Source: Minisyncoccota bacterium (GTDB taxonomy: Bacteria > Patescibacteriota > Minisyncoccia > Phycocordibacterales > UBA1006). From it: a DNA stretch of 64,000 nucleotides. The position numbers and the translations under genes are program-made. Shown here one piece after another: positions 10,989 through 23,306 of the stretch (position 1 is its first letter; every line of letters starts with the position of its first letter). The DNA is taken from positions 403,714 to 467,713 of the forward strand of contig DASWYC010000002.1 in assembly GCA_036405175.1 (NCBI GenBank), given 5' to 3'. The notes below the pieces were generated by a model. The model saw nothing but the letters and a program-made list of their open reading frames with translations. It was not told the origin of the DNA and searched no databases.

Positions 10989-12191
10989 TTAATTATACCG
11001 TTTCTCAAATTCCTCTCTAAATTGTCCAAGCCTATTTTCCATCATCGCACCGCGAGCTTCTTCAACAAGATTATTAATAAAATATAAGTTGTGCATAGTT
11101 ACGAGTGATGCTGCAGACATTTCTTTGCTTCTAAATAAGTGCGCAATATACCCACGAGCATATCCCGTAGTACAGGTTGGACACCCACATCCAACCTCTA
11201 AAATCTCTTTTGAGTTTTTCATTGACGCATTAAAAATATTGATCGTTCCTTGGCGAGTATACGCATTTCCGTTGCGTGCAATGCGTGACGCCGTAACACA
11301 ATCAAACAAATCGCATCCTTCTTCCATCGCTTTTAAAATATCCGTTGGCTCACCAATACCAAGCAAATGGCGAGGCTTTTCAAACGGCAACATATCATTG
11401 ACCCATCCAACAACGCCAAACATATCGTCTTTATTAAATGAACCACCGATACCAAATCCATCAAATTGTGAACCCTTATCACTCATCACTGCTGCAATAT
11501 CGCGAGCAGATTTTTCACGCAAGTGCTTATGACGTCCACCCTGAATCACGCCAAAGAGCGCTTGTTTACTTTCTGGATCAAGTTCATCGTGCTTATCCAA
11601 GCAACGTTTTGCCCAACGCAATGTTCTATCCATGGCCGCCAATTGATATTCTTCTGACGCATGAGGACTAGTACATTCATCAAATGCAAAAATCATATCA
11701 GCGCCCAAATTCCATTGAATTTCCATTGAGCGTTCTGGCGTAAATCTATGCGATGATCCATCTTTATATGATTTAAAGGTCACACCTTCTTCATCGATGG
11801 TTGCCATTTTTTGGGTACTCGTATTGCGCTTTGATTCAATTTGCTGTGGTTCTCCTGCAGCAACTTTTGAGACGTTTGTTCCAAATGCTTCCCCTAATGA
11901 GAACACTTGGAATCCTCCCGAGTCAGTCATCGTTGGACCATCCCACTGCATAAATTTTGGAAATCCTCCAAATTCTTTCACAACTTCATCTCCAGGTTCT
12001 AAATAGAGGTGATACGTATTTGCCAGCACTACTTGGGATTTGGTTTGCTTAATTTGCTCAACCGTAAGCGACTTTACCGTTGCCTTAGTTCCCACGGTCA
12101 CATACGCCGGTGTCTGAATATCGCCATGTGGTGTATGGATGGTTCCGAGACGTCCTCGTTCGCCAACTCGTTGATGGATATCAAATTTCAT
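10989..12191 (-). CDS. tgt: Queuine tRNA-ribosyltransferase (tRNA-guanine transglycosylase)
   Basis: 'MKFDIHQRVGERGRLGTIHTPHGDIQTPAYVTVGTKATVK...YHLYLEPG...MTDSGGFQVFSL' and the zinc site 'CGCPTCTTGYARGYIAHL'. Start chosen at MKFD (12191), by similarity to the canonical Tgt N-terminus 'MKFELDTTDGRARRG'. The track ORF extends to 12305 through a GC-rich structured region. Confidence 0.9.
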   Translation of the reverse strand: MKFDIHQRVGERGRLGTIHTPHGDIQTPAYVTVGTKATVKSLTVEQIKQTKSQVVLANTYHLYLEPGDEVVKEFGGFPKFMQWDGPTMTDSGGFQVFSLGEAFGTNVSKVAAGEPQQIESKRNTSTQKMATIDEEGVTFKSYKDGSSHRFTPERSMEIQWNLGADMIFAFDECTSPHASEEYQLAAMDRTLRWAKRCLDKHDELDPESKQALFGVIQGGRHKHLREKSARDIAAVMSDKGSQFDGFGIGGSFNKDDMFGVVGWVNDMLPFEKPRHLLGIGEPTDILKAMEEGCDLFDCVTASRIARNGNAYTRQGTINIFNASMKNSKEILEVGCGCPTCTTGYARGYIAHLFRSKEMSAASLVTMHNLYFINNLVEEARGAMMENRLGQFREEFEKRYN

Positions 12192-12261
12192 GGAGTAAGA
12201 ATAGCAAAATTCAAGACTTTTTACCATCTTTGGTTTCCGAAAAAACATCCTCTTCATCACG

Positions 12262-12362
12262 TTCAAGGCAGTCGCGGAAACCGCTATCAAGGAGCGCCGT
12301 TGCAACGCTTCGGCGCGACTATGATGGACAGCTGAGCGTAGGCCCGATAGAGGCCGCTGTCT
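12262..12362. other. GC-rich structured element in the mreC-tgt spacer (candidate ncRNA or tgt 5' leader)
   Basis: A 14-bp long-range helix (CACGTTCAAGGCAG / CTGTCTTGAACGTG) encloses three GC hairpins: GCGG-AAA-CCGC, GCGCCG...CGGCGC and GGCC-CGATAGA-GGCC. GC content is far above the surrounding DNA. Confidence 0.3.
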
Positions 12363-12379
12363 TGAACGTGGTGAAGAAA

Positions 12380-13045
12380 TTAGAATGGATTTTCTTCTTT
12401 TAAAAGCTTCACACTTTGAAGCAATCCACTACGCACTCGCGAACGCACATACACACGTTTGTACACATCACGTGCATCAAATTTAATATCAACTACATCA
12501 CCTAAAAAGTACGATTGATTGCGTACCCAGTTAACCGGATCACCTACTTCAACCTCATAATCGCGTGGCACCAATGCCAAAAAATCCCCATCGCCTCGTC
12601 CATTTAATGTAATAACTTCTTGTGTTGGAATGGTTCCTTTAATCGTATAATTATTACGAGAAATATTTGTCACCACTGCAAACTGATTATTAAACTGCTC
12701 AACAATTCCCACCAAAGAATCCTCGCGCACCACCGCATCGCCAGCCTTCATAACGGTTAGCGGATTAAATTCAACAATGTAGTTTCTAAAAAGCGATTGC
12801 TGGGGATCACGAATAATCATTCCCTCATTTTCCTGTAATTCAACTTTTCCAATCACACCAACTTTTCCTTTCTCTTCAGTAAAACTTTTCTGACTAATAA
12901 GTGACTTGATTTCAAATAATAAATATTGGAGCTTAAATCCCAATGTAAAAAGCACCAACATCAACACAACAAACAAGGCAATGATTCCTTGTTGTTGCTT
13001 AATAAACCCCGGTTCTTTTTTTCTACTGCGCATCGAAAGTTCCAT
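12380..13045 (-). CDS. mreC: Rod shape-determining protein MreC
   Basis: N-terminal TM anchor followed by the MreC beta-domain pattern ('LVGIVEQFNNQFAVVTNISR...GDVV'). Lies directly downstream of mreB and overlaps it by 23 nt. Confidence 0.8.
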   Translation of the reverse strand: MELSMRSRKKEPGFIKQQQGIIALFVVLMLVLFTLGFKLQYLLFEIKSLISQKSFTEEKGKVGVIGKVELQENEGMIIRDPQQSLFRNYIVEFNPLTVMKAGDAVVREDSLVGIVEQFNNQFAVVTNISRNNYTIKGTIPTQEVITLNGRGDGDFLALVPRDYEVEVGDPVNWVRNQSYFLGDVVDIKFDARDVYKRVYVRSRVRSGLLQSVKLLKEENPF

Positions 13046-14126
13046 AGAAGTTCTTCATGATTGGTTCGTATGTATCAAAGTTCTCAATCATTATACCAAT
13101 TCCTTTAATCACTGTTTCAAGCGGATTATTATCAATATGAACTCTCACGCCCATCTCTGATTCAATAACTTCTTTAAGTCCACGCAAATAGGCGCCGCCT
13201 CCAGCAAGAATGATCCCACCGTTCAAAATATCTTGCGCAAGCTCCGGTGGTGCATCACTCAGAACATCTGAAAGTGCGGTAAGAATCTTTTCTACTACCG
13301 TATATACGCACGGATAAATATCTTGCGATGAAAGCGAGATCTCACGAGGTAATCCGCTCACAATGTCGCGCCCACGAGCAATACACATTGATTCATCATT
13401 TTCTATAATTGATGCAATTTTAATTTTGATTTCTTCCGCTGTTGAATCACCAACGTACAGTTGGAAATTAAGTCTGAGTGTTTCTTGAATAAGACGCGTC
13501 AGCTCGTCTCCTGCCGTTGAAATACTCTTACCAAGCACAATGCCGCCCATAGAGATAAGTGCCATGTCGGTTGTTCCACCACCAATATCAACAACACAAA
13601 TTCCAAATGACTCTAATACATTTATTTCCATTCCAACCGCAGCCGCAAATGGCTCAGGAACAATATACCCATACTTTGCACCTGTGTGAAGAAGTACATC
13701 CATGAGTGCTTGATTTTGTACTGAGGTGATTGAAACCGGAGCACCAACAATTACACGAGGAGTAACATACAAGAAACTTTTAATGCGTTTAACTGCCTCC
13801 TGAACATAATATCCAACAAGCTCTTCTGCAATTTCAAAATTCCAAATAACACCATCCTTAAGCGGGCGCACCACTTCAATATGTGGCGGTGTTTTTCCAA
13901 GCATTACTTTTGCTTCTTTTCCAATAGCAACAATACGCTGAGTCTTTTTATTAACTGCAATAATAGTAGGTTCACGCATAATAATGCCTTCACCTTCCAG
14001 ATAAACGAGTGAATTTGACGTTCCCAAATCAATACCAATTCCGCGCGAAAAGCGCTTTACAACATTGTCAAATATACTCAACATAGCATTACTATACCGC
14101 AAATTATCCCAAAAGAAACTAGGCAT
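13023..14126 (-). CDS. mreB: Rod shape-determining protein MreB (true start probably the internal Met near 14084)
   Basis: 'GIGIDLGTSNSLVY', 'VVRPLKDGVI', 'VVDIGGGTTDMALIS' actin-fold motifs. Confidence 0.9.
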   Translation of the reverse strand: MPSFFWDNLRYSNAMLSIFDNVVKRFSRGIGIDLGTSNSLVYLEGEGIIMREPTIIAVNKKTQRIVAIGKEAKVMLGKTPPHIEVVRPLKDGVIWNFEIAEELVGYYVQEAVKRIKSFLYVTPRVIVGAPVSITSVQNQALMDVLLHTGAKYGYIVPEPFAAAVGMEINVLESFGICVVDIGGGTTDMALISMGGIVLGKSISTAGDELTRLIQETLRLNFQLYVGDSTAEEIKIKIASIIENDESMCIARGRDIVSGLPREISLSSQDIYPCVYTVVEKILTALSDVLSDAPPELAQDILNGGIILAGGGAYLRGLKEVIESEMGVRVHIDNNPLETVIKGIGIMIENFDTYEPIMKNFYGTFDAQ

Positions 14127-14168
14127 TTTTCAAAAAATACGGGATAACTAAGTAGCTATTTTGTCAAT

Positions 14169-15299
14169 TTATACACGACCAAATCGCTGCTGTTTTTCAT
14201 GCTGATCACGAGAAATTCGCAACAGTACTCCAATAATAATTCCCTCAACAATAATATGTGATCCTCCAAAACTCATAAACGGCAAGGTGATTCCGGTTAC
14301 CGGCACCAATCCAACATTCATACCAATATTTACCATCGCATGGAATCCAAAGAAAAGTCCAGACCCAATAGCAAAGAGTGCATCAAAGTTACTCATGGCA
14401 AATCGTGAAAGACGATAGATGCGTGAGAGCAACAAAGCCCACACCCCAACCACCAAGAGTGAACCAACGAATCCCCATTCTTCCGAGAAGCTGGCAAAGA
14501 TAAAGTCGGTTTTATGTTCTGGCAAAAAGTTTAAGCGTGATTGTGTTCCATTTCCAATTCCCTTTCCAAATACTTTTCCTGACCCAACAGCAATCGTTGA
14601 TTGATAGGCATTGTATCCAGCGCCGCGGATATCAGAAAGCGGTGTTACGAATGTCTTGATACGATCTTTTTGATAGGGTTTGAACACAAATGACCAGAGT
14701 CCCATAAAGAGTACAAATCCAATCCCGAAAAAACTCATAATGTATTTCCATGAAATTCCGGAACTCACCACCATACCAAACCAAATTACCAACAACACAA
14801 TTGATGAGCCAAAGTCTGGCTGAATAAAAATCAAAATGAATTGAATAATTGCGTAGATGAACGTAACTACAATAGTACGGAGTGAATTGATGGCGCGATG
14901 GCGCGTTGCCAGATATTTTGAAATAATAACAATCAACGCAAACTTAGCTAAGTCTGCTGGCTGAAATGAGAAAAATCCTAAATGAAACCAACTTTTTGAA
15001 CCATTTACTACAGCACCAAACGGTAGCAACAAAGCCAACGAAACCATAGCAACGCCATATAATCCCAACACAAACCAATTTGATCTGAGTGTTGATTCAT
15101 TGATATTAAAAAATGCCAACCCAGCAAGCGCTGCAACACCAATATAAAGAAGTTGGCGTAAAAAATCTACCGACAAGAATGTTCCCTCATTAAATGATTG
15201 CAACGTGATTAAGCTAACCAGAGAAAGAAAGAGTGCACACGCTAAGAGTACACTATCAAAAGTACTTTGCTGCTTGATCATAGACAATTTTGAGTACAT
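14169..15299 (-). CDS. rodA: SEDS-family peptidoglycan glycosyltransferase, likely RodA
   Basis: Polytopic protein with SEDS signatures 'QPDFGSSIVLL' and 'GKGIGNGTQSRLNFLPEHKTDFIFASFSEEWGFVG'. Sits beside mreBC. Confidence 0.85.
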   Translation of the reverse strand: MYSKLSMIKQQSTFDSVLLACALFLSLVSLITLQSFNEGTFLSVDFLRQLLYIGVAALAGLAFFNINESTLRSNWFVLGLYGVAMVSLALLLPFGAVVNGSKSWFHLGFFSFQPADLAKFALIVIISKYLATRHRAINSLRTIVVTFIYAIIQFILIFIQPDFGSSIVLLVIWFGMVVSSGISWKYIMSFFGIGFVLFMGLWSFVFKPYQKDRIKTFVTPLSDIRGAGYNAYQSTIAVGSGKVFGKGIGNGTQSRLNFLPEHKTDFIFASFSEEWGFVGSLLVVGVWALLLSRIYRLSRFAMSNFDALFAIGSGLFFGFHAMVNIGMNVGLVPVTGITLPFMSFGGSHIIVEGIIIGVLLRISRDQHEKQQRFGRV

Positions 15300-16018
15300 G
15301 AAAGCATCACATTAGTTACTAGCAATTTTGGCTCTGTGCTCACTACGGCAGTAGTTGATCGTGTATCTTTTTCTGCAAAATACACTGGAACTTCGTATAC
15401 TTTCTGAATCACCTCTTTTTCTCCGCGATAATTTCCTGTCACAAATACGGTATATGTTTGCTTTTGAGGAATTGCTGGTAAATAAATTTGAATTGGAACA
15501 GTAATTGAGCGGGCAAACTTTGAATCGGCTACAGAAAATAATTTAGTAGTAAAAATCTTTTGCTCCCCTTCAGGGGCCACAAATGTTGGCACTCCAAGTG
15601 ACACACTTGTTGGAATAATCATTGCAGGTTCTTGTGTTGTCGTTTTAGGAGTAAGGACAACAAGCGTAGTATCGAGTGGTGCAATGTCAACGTTCTTAGT
15701 AATGCTTTCGATAAATACTCCAGCTTGTGTATATACGTCAAAGCTGAGCTCACTACCCTTATATCCAAATGGAAGCGTATTGGTAATTTCCTGAATGAGC
15801 ACTTTATGCTTTTGTGCATTCTCGGCAATAACAACTTTTCCAAAGGCAACTTTTTTGCCTTCATAACAACGCACATCGGTCACACCTTTTAAGCATTCTG
15901 GAAGTCCAACAATTTTTTCTGAAATAACCGTTCGATGATACACATAAAAACCTCCACCAAAAATTAACAGAAGGATGAGTAAAATTTTAAGCCGAGAGCC
16001 AAATGCCCATGATGACAT
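15278..16018 (-). CDS. Membrane-anchored hypothetical protein (246 aa)
   Basis: Single N-terminal TM 'LKILLILLLIFGGGFYVY', extracytoplasmic remainder. First gene of the rodA-mreBC operon, overlapping rodA by 22 nt. Confidence 0.6.
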   Translation of the reverse strand: MSSWAFGSRLKILLILLLIFGGGFYVYHRTVISEKIVGLPECLKGVTDVRCYEGKKVAFGKVVIAENAQKHKVLIQEITNTLPFGYKGSELSFDVYTQAGVFIESITKNVDIAPLDTTLVVLTPKTTTQEPAMIIPTSVSLGVPTFVAPEGEQKIFTTKLFSVADSKFARSITVPIQIYLPAIPQKQTYTVFVTGNYRGEKEVIQKVYEVPVYFAEKDTRSTTAVVSTEPKLLVTNVMLSCTQNCL

Positions 16019-16081
16019 AATGGCTTTAGTATAGCATTATTGAATGAAAAATCTGTAAGATGCTACGTGGGTGTTTGCAAA

Positions 16082-16115
16082 GACGAGGCCGAAAACCTTC
16101 GGTTTTCGGCCTCGT
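16082..16115 (-). terminator. rRNA operon terminator (bidirectional hairpin)
   Basis: 16-bp stem GACGAGGCCGAAAACC-TTCG-GGTTTTCGGCCTCGT with T-rich flanks on both sides. About 50 nt downstream of the 5S 3' end. Confidence 0.5.
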
Positions 16116-16166
16116 TTTCTTTAACAAAAAAATCACACTCTCGTGTGAATCTTTGCGTTATAATTT

Positions 16167-16278
16167 TAAACCTGGCGACAACCTACTTTCCCCTATTACG
16201 AGTATCATCGGCTCATATGGGCTTAACTTCTGGGTGCGGAATGTGTCCAGGTGTTTCCCCACTGACATATCACCAGAT
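16167..16278 (-). rRNA. rrf: 5S ribosomal RNA
   Basis: The reverse complement aligns from memory to bacterial 5S: 'CCTGGCGACAACCTACTTTCCC...CGGCTCATATGGGCTTAACTTCTGGGTGCGGAATG...CCAGGTG'. Confidence 0.85.
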
Positions 16279-16405
16279 TTAAAATTACAACAAACGTAAC
16301 CCTCCATATTCTTCGTTTACAAAACACTTTGATTTGATGCGTAATATCTCTTAAACACACTTTTTCGGTAAAATTACTTGAAGCGAATTTTGTTTATGTA
16401 CAAAA

Positions 16406-19430
<3,025 letters not shown>

Positions 19431-19542
19431 CTTAACTCCTATTAGGAGTTTTATACATAATTATATGACTTGCGTCACACAATTGCGTTTACAATTTAAC
19501 CACTACGAGTAATTTTACTTACTTAATATACTTAGTTCTCAA

Positions 19543-19571
19543 TTATTACGTTTCAATTTGGCAATTTGCAA
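19543..19571 (-). promoter_or_regulatory. Candidate rRNA promoter
   Basis: Minus sense TTGCAA-17 nt-TAATAA(T), about 100 nt upstream of the 23S 5' end. Confidence 0.3.
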
Positions 19572-19908
19572 AAGATTATTTTGCTTGATTCCCTCGTGAC
19601 ATATTTAAAATATGTACGAGTGTTTGCTCGATGTTTTGATATTAAACGTTGAATATGGAGTTGGTAACGTACAGACTGTATTATCGCAAGTTGCTCGATC
19701 CTAGAATGACCCCATTCTATAACAGTATTGTTCAGGATTCCGCAAACCTGTCGACGTTACCACACAGTCGTGAGAGAGATTATACACGAATTCTTTTTTA
19801 GTGCAAGCGTTTTTTTAAAAGAGTTTCCACAGGGTTTTATGAAGGGTTACGAGCGTATTTTTAGAGTAATTTTCGATTCAAAAAGTGGGTCAAATTTGAA
19901 TATAAAAT

Positions 19909-19935
19909 GTGCCCGAAACCTGCGATTTCGGGCAC
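19909..19935 (-). terminator. Terminator after trmD and the small ORF
   Basis: GTGCCCGAAA-CCTGCGA-TTTCGGGCAC, followed in minus sense by a T-rich tract. Confidence 0.5.
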
Positions 19936-19948
19936 TCAACTTTCATCA

Positions 19949-20197
19949 TTAATATCCAGCTTTCTTTTTAAGTTCATTCCATTCAGTAAGGAGTTTTTCT
20001 TTAGTGGTTGAGTAAAAATGTGCTTCATATTTGTCATATTCTGCAAGCGTATGTGCATCAACCATAAGAGAACTAAGTTCGCCACTATCTGCCAAAAGAG
20101 ATAGTTTGAAAAGATCATCTGCTAATTCTTCTTGCTCAACCTCGGGATCAATCATCATTAAATACTTTTCAATTATTTCAATAATCTCTTTTGTCAT
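19949..20197 (-). CDS. Small acidic hypothetical protein (82 aa)
   Basis: ORF immediately downstream of trmD, in the position where rplS is usually found. It does not resemble L19. Confidence 0.5.
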   Translation of the reverse strand: MTKEIIEIIEKYLMMIDPEVEQEELADDLFKLSLLADSGELSSLMVDAHTLAEYDKYEAHFYSTTKEKLLTEWNELKKKAGY

Positions 20198-20203
20198 ACA
20201 TGA

Positions 20204-20857
20204 TTAGTTTTCTGCTCGCCACTTTTCAATATTGGCATGATGCCCAGACAGCAGCACATCTGGAACATTATATTCTTGTCCCTGCCATTCAAATGATTCT
20301 GGCTTGGTATAAAACCTTTCACTTGCTATACGCGTTCCTTCTTCAGACAATTCATTACCTAGTACATCTGGAATAAATCGAGCAACTGCATCGGTGATCA
20401 TAAGTGCCGGCAATTCGCCACCGGTCACCACAAAATCTCCAAGAGAAATTTGAAGCGGCTGCAAAACCTCCATTACACGATAATCAATTCCTTCATAGCG
20501 TCCGCACAAGAAAATAATATCAGTGTAGGTTTGTGAAAATTCCTGTGCATGATTTTTGTTAAATAATTCTCCACGAGGTGAAAGATTGATCACTAAAATT
20601 TTTGCGTCAGGATTTTTTGCAAGAATATGTTTTTTAGCAGATTCGTATGCACGCAAGATCGGCTCTGCAGTCATCACCATGCCAGGCCCACCGCCATACG
20701 GAGAATCATCAACCTTCCCATGCTTATTTTCTGCAAATGCACGAATATCAGTTGTTGTGTAAGTAATTAACGACTTCTTTACTGCCTGAGCAAGGATGCC
20801 TTCATTAAAATAGCCTGAAATCATTCCGGGAAAGAGCGTGAGAAAGTGAAAATTCAT
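20204..20857 (-). CDS. trmD: tRNA (guanine37-N1)-methyltransferase
   Basis: 'MNFHFLTLFPGM...', 'DDSPYGGGPGMVM' and 'RYEGIDYRV' are characteristic of the SPOUT TrmD family. Confidence 0.92.
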   Translation of the reverse strand: MNFHFLTLFPGMISGYFNEGILAQAVKKSLITYTTTDIRAFAENKHGKVDDSPYGGGPGMVMTAEPILRAYESAKKHILAKNPDAKILVINLSPRGELFNKNHAQEFSQTYTDIIFLCGRYEGIDYRVMEVLQPLQISLGDFVVTGGELPALMITDAVARFIPDVLGNELSEEGTRIASERFYTKPESFEWQGQEYNVPDVLLSGHHANIEKWRAEN

Positions 20858-21070
20858 AATACCTATAGGTTATAGCACATCTGGACAGATTAGTAAGCAT
20901 AAGGCGTATTGGGGATTATAGCCTTGCAATTATAATATTATGTGGTATTATAATCTAAAATTAACAATAAAATTCGTGATGATTCAAAAAATATCGTCCC
21001 ATACTATAATCTTCGAAACTTTTTTACTGCCTGCTCTACGGTAGACGATAGTAAGTGTCTACTAGAATAA

Positions 21071-21940
21071 ATGTATTTGTTCACCAAATTTGTCTTAATA
21101 TTTTTTAAAACTTTATGTATCATGAAAAAATTAAACATTGCTTTTTTGTTTATGAATATTCTCTTTATGGGGGTTATTGTTTTTGGCTTCCACAAAGGAT
21201 ATATCTCTTTATCATTTTCGAAAGATAGAGAAGTTATTTCATCAAACACCACCCTTTCAAACGAAAACAAATTGTTTAAATTTGTAGCAACGGAGACGAT
21301 CGCAAGTGCAAGCTTCGGGGATATACCGGGCTCAGTGGCAAATCCACATGGAGGTACGCCATACTACGATGAAGAAGCAGATGTGAAGAGGTGGGAATCT
21401 CAGCCGACAACAGTTCAAGAAATTATGGAAGCTGATCAGCGAGGGCGCCATCAAAGCTTTCTAAAGTCAGGACTTGGAATGACAACTTGGAGTACTCCAG
21501 AACAGGAATACTCACCTAAGGTTAAAGTAACAATATTGAGGGGTTCTTCTGCAAACGATCTTTGGGCAGACCTTTCAGTTAAAGGAATGACAAGCAACGG
21601 AAGTATCGTAGAATATACCAAGCTTTTATCGGCCCTTGGAGTAGATGGCTCTGAGAAAAATACTCTTTTGAGAGAACTTCATGCAGCTCTTACAGAATGC
21701 ATTAAAAATTATAGTAACCCTGCAAAGTATAGATGGTATTATGCGAACGATGGAAATGACATAGTAGGGATTCAATGCCGAAGACTCACCGAGAGTACAC
21801 CTTTTTTCTCAGCAAATTTGAATACTTTTCTTTATAAATTAGAACGTAGTTCCAAAAAAGCAGACCGAAAAGGAAGAAAAAACAAAAAACATAAAAAAGT
21901 CTTGGATAACACACCAAAGATAATAGCAATAAATTCATAA
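21071..21940 (+). CDS. Hypothetical membrane-anchored protein with a Lys/Arg-rich C-terminus (likely start MKKLN at 21118)
   Basis: Hydrophobic N-terminus 'LNIAFLFMNILFMGVIVFGF'. C-terminus 'KKADRKGRKNKKHKK'. Flanked by AT-rich DNA and oriented opposite to its neighbours. Confidence 0.6.
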   Translation: MYLFTKFVLIFFKTLCIMKKLNIAFLFMNILFMGVIVFGFHKGYISLSFSKDREVISSNTTLSNENKLFKFVATETIASASFGDIPGSVANPHGGTPYYDEEADVKRWESQPTTVQEIMEADQRGRHQSFLKSGLGMTTWSTPEQEYSPKVKVTILRGSSANDLWADLSVKGMTSNGSIVEYTKLLSALGVDGSEKNTLLRELHAALTECIKNYSNPAKYRWYYANDGNDIVGIQCRRLTESTPFFSANLNTFLYKLERSSKKADRKGRKNKKHKKVLDNTPKIIAINS

Positions 21941-21964
21941 TCTTAATATTTTTTAGAATATAAC

Positions 21965-21999
21965 TAAAAAATCCCCTGATTTAATCACGGGATTTTTTG
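21965..21999. terminator. Bidirectional terminator
   Basis: AAAAAA-ATCCCCTGA-TTTAA-TCACGGGAT-TTTTTT (one mismatch). Lies between convergent genes. Confidence 0.5.
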
Positions 22000-22010
22000 T
22001 TGCCTATTTT

Positions 22011-22334
22011 TTATTCCAATTCGCTACGCAAATCATCCATAGCACTATCAACATCGCTTGCAGCAACATCGGCCATAGTGCTGTAGCCTTGTGGCTCATT
22101 AATCTTAAGATTTACACGAGCATTATGCTTCATTCCAACAACACGCAACAATGTTCTGATTGCTTTTGCGGTTGCCCCGCTGCGACCAATAACCTTTCCC
22201 ATGTCGCCCCCTGGATGCACATCAAGCATTAAAAGAACGCCCATTTCGTCAACCTTTTTTGTCACCTTTACGTCTTCTGGCTTATCAACAAGTTCCTTTA
22301 CAATATAAGTGAGAAATTCAACAGCTTTATCCAT
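22011..22334 (-). CDS. khpA: KH-domain RNA-binding protein (KhpA/YlqC family)
   Basis: 'VKELVDKPEDVKV....VLLMLDVHPGGDMGKVIGRSGATAKAIRTLLR' is a type-II KH motif with the GxxG loop. Confidence 0.8.
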   Translation of the reverse strand: MDKAVEFLTYIVKELVDKPEDVKVTKKVDEMGVLLMLDVHPGGDMGKVIGRSGATAKAIRTLLRVVGMKHNARVNLKINEPQGYSTMADVAASDVDSAMDDLRSELE

Positions 22335-22422
22335 ATCATTTGAGGTAATTAACGTAATAATGAGAGTAGTCTCTTCTTCATAATACTAATGTATGTATGC
22401 TTGGTCAACATGAGGAAAACTC

Positions 22423-22908
22423 TTACTCTTCTGCCTCGTGAACCAACTCATCAAACACAGAAAGTACGTCTGGATGCTGCGAGTTAGTATAGAAGTAATA
22501 ATACGCAACAGGATTTGGACAATACACCGCTGCGTCAGGGTTTACTGCTGCAAACTTTTCACAATCTGCTTTTTTATAGTCTGATGGAATTACATAACTA
22601 ATAGCATCTGCTGGATTATCCTGCCAAAGCGGCGAAATAGTGAAACGAGAGTTTGCTGACTTCCATGTTGTCAAACATGCATCAACACAGTTTGATCCTG
22701 CCTCCTGAAGTCCTGCACGCCACTCCGCCGGGTACTGAATAGTCTGATTATCTATGTTGATTGTCTTCCAGTTATGAATCTGCGGCTCATTACTTACGGG
22801 AATCGGTTCGTGGTAACCGCGTAGTTTCCAAACAATAAATCCAATCATCAGTACCACAATCACGCCAATGGTTCCAAAAAATACTTTCTTGTCTTTCATA
22901 CTCTGCAT
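22423..22908 (-). CDS. Membrane-anchored hypothetical protein (161 aa)
   Basis: N-terminal TM 'FFGTIGVIVVLMIGFIVW', Cys-containing extracytoplasmic domain. Confidence 0.6.
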   Translation of the reverse strand: MQSMKDKKVFFGTIGVIVVLMIGFIVWKLRGYHEPIPVSNEPQIHNWKTINIDNQTIQYPAEWRAGLQEAGSNCVDACLTTWKSANSRFTISPLWQDNPADAISYVIPSDYKKADCEKFAAVNPDAAVYCPNPVAYYYFYTNSQHPDVLSVFDELVHEAEE

Positions 22909-23043
22909 TATTACTTACGGTTATGAATTTATTATAGCGGTTTATTCATGAATTATTGATTATGAAGAAGGCAAAAACTACCGATTTTCGTCATCGGAGC
23001 CACCTTGATTTTATTGCCATCTATGGCATACTTAAGTAACTAT

Positions 23044-23268
23044 ATGAATCCGATCACGATTATTCAAATCATCCTTGCAATTATCCTTATCGTACTTGTT
23101 CTTATCCAGCAAAATGAATCTGGAATTGAAGGAGCGCTTGGAGGAGGACTTTCTGTTACCGCTCAACACCATAAGCGTCGTGGATCTGAAAAGACTATTT
23201 TCACCGCAACATTTGTTGTTGCCGCCCTCTTCATTATCTCAGTAGTTCTTTCTTTGATTCCGTTTTAA
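23044..23268 (+). CDS. secG: Preprotein translocase subunit SecG (track ORF begins at 23005)
   Basis: Two TM helices with a Gly-rich loop 'QQNESGIEGALGGGLSVTAQHHKRRGSEK', typical of SecG. Confidence 0.7.
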   Translation: MNPITIIQIILAIILIVLVLIQQNESGIEGALGGGLSVTAQHHKRRGSEKTIFTATFVVAALFIISVVLSLIPF

Positions 23269-23306
23269 GGCTCCTCAAAAATTGGTTTTAGTCTATAATA
23301 CTAAGC

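Noticed and set aside
12192-12305. N-terminal 38-aa extension of Tgt implied by the track ORF starting at 12305
   Set aside because: Similarity to Tgt starts at 'MKFDIHQ' (12191). The extension runs through the GC-rich structured element and has no homology.
19728-19952. 74-aa plus-strand ORF in the rRNA leader region
   Set aside because: Lies in the AT-rich rRNA promoter/leader spacer and runs into a terminator hairpin. No coding signal.
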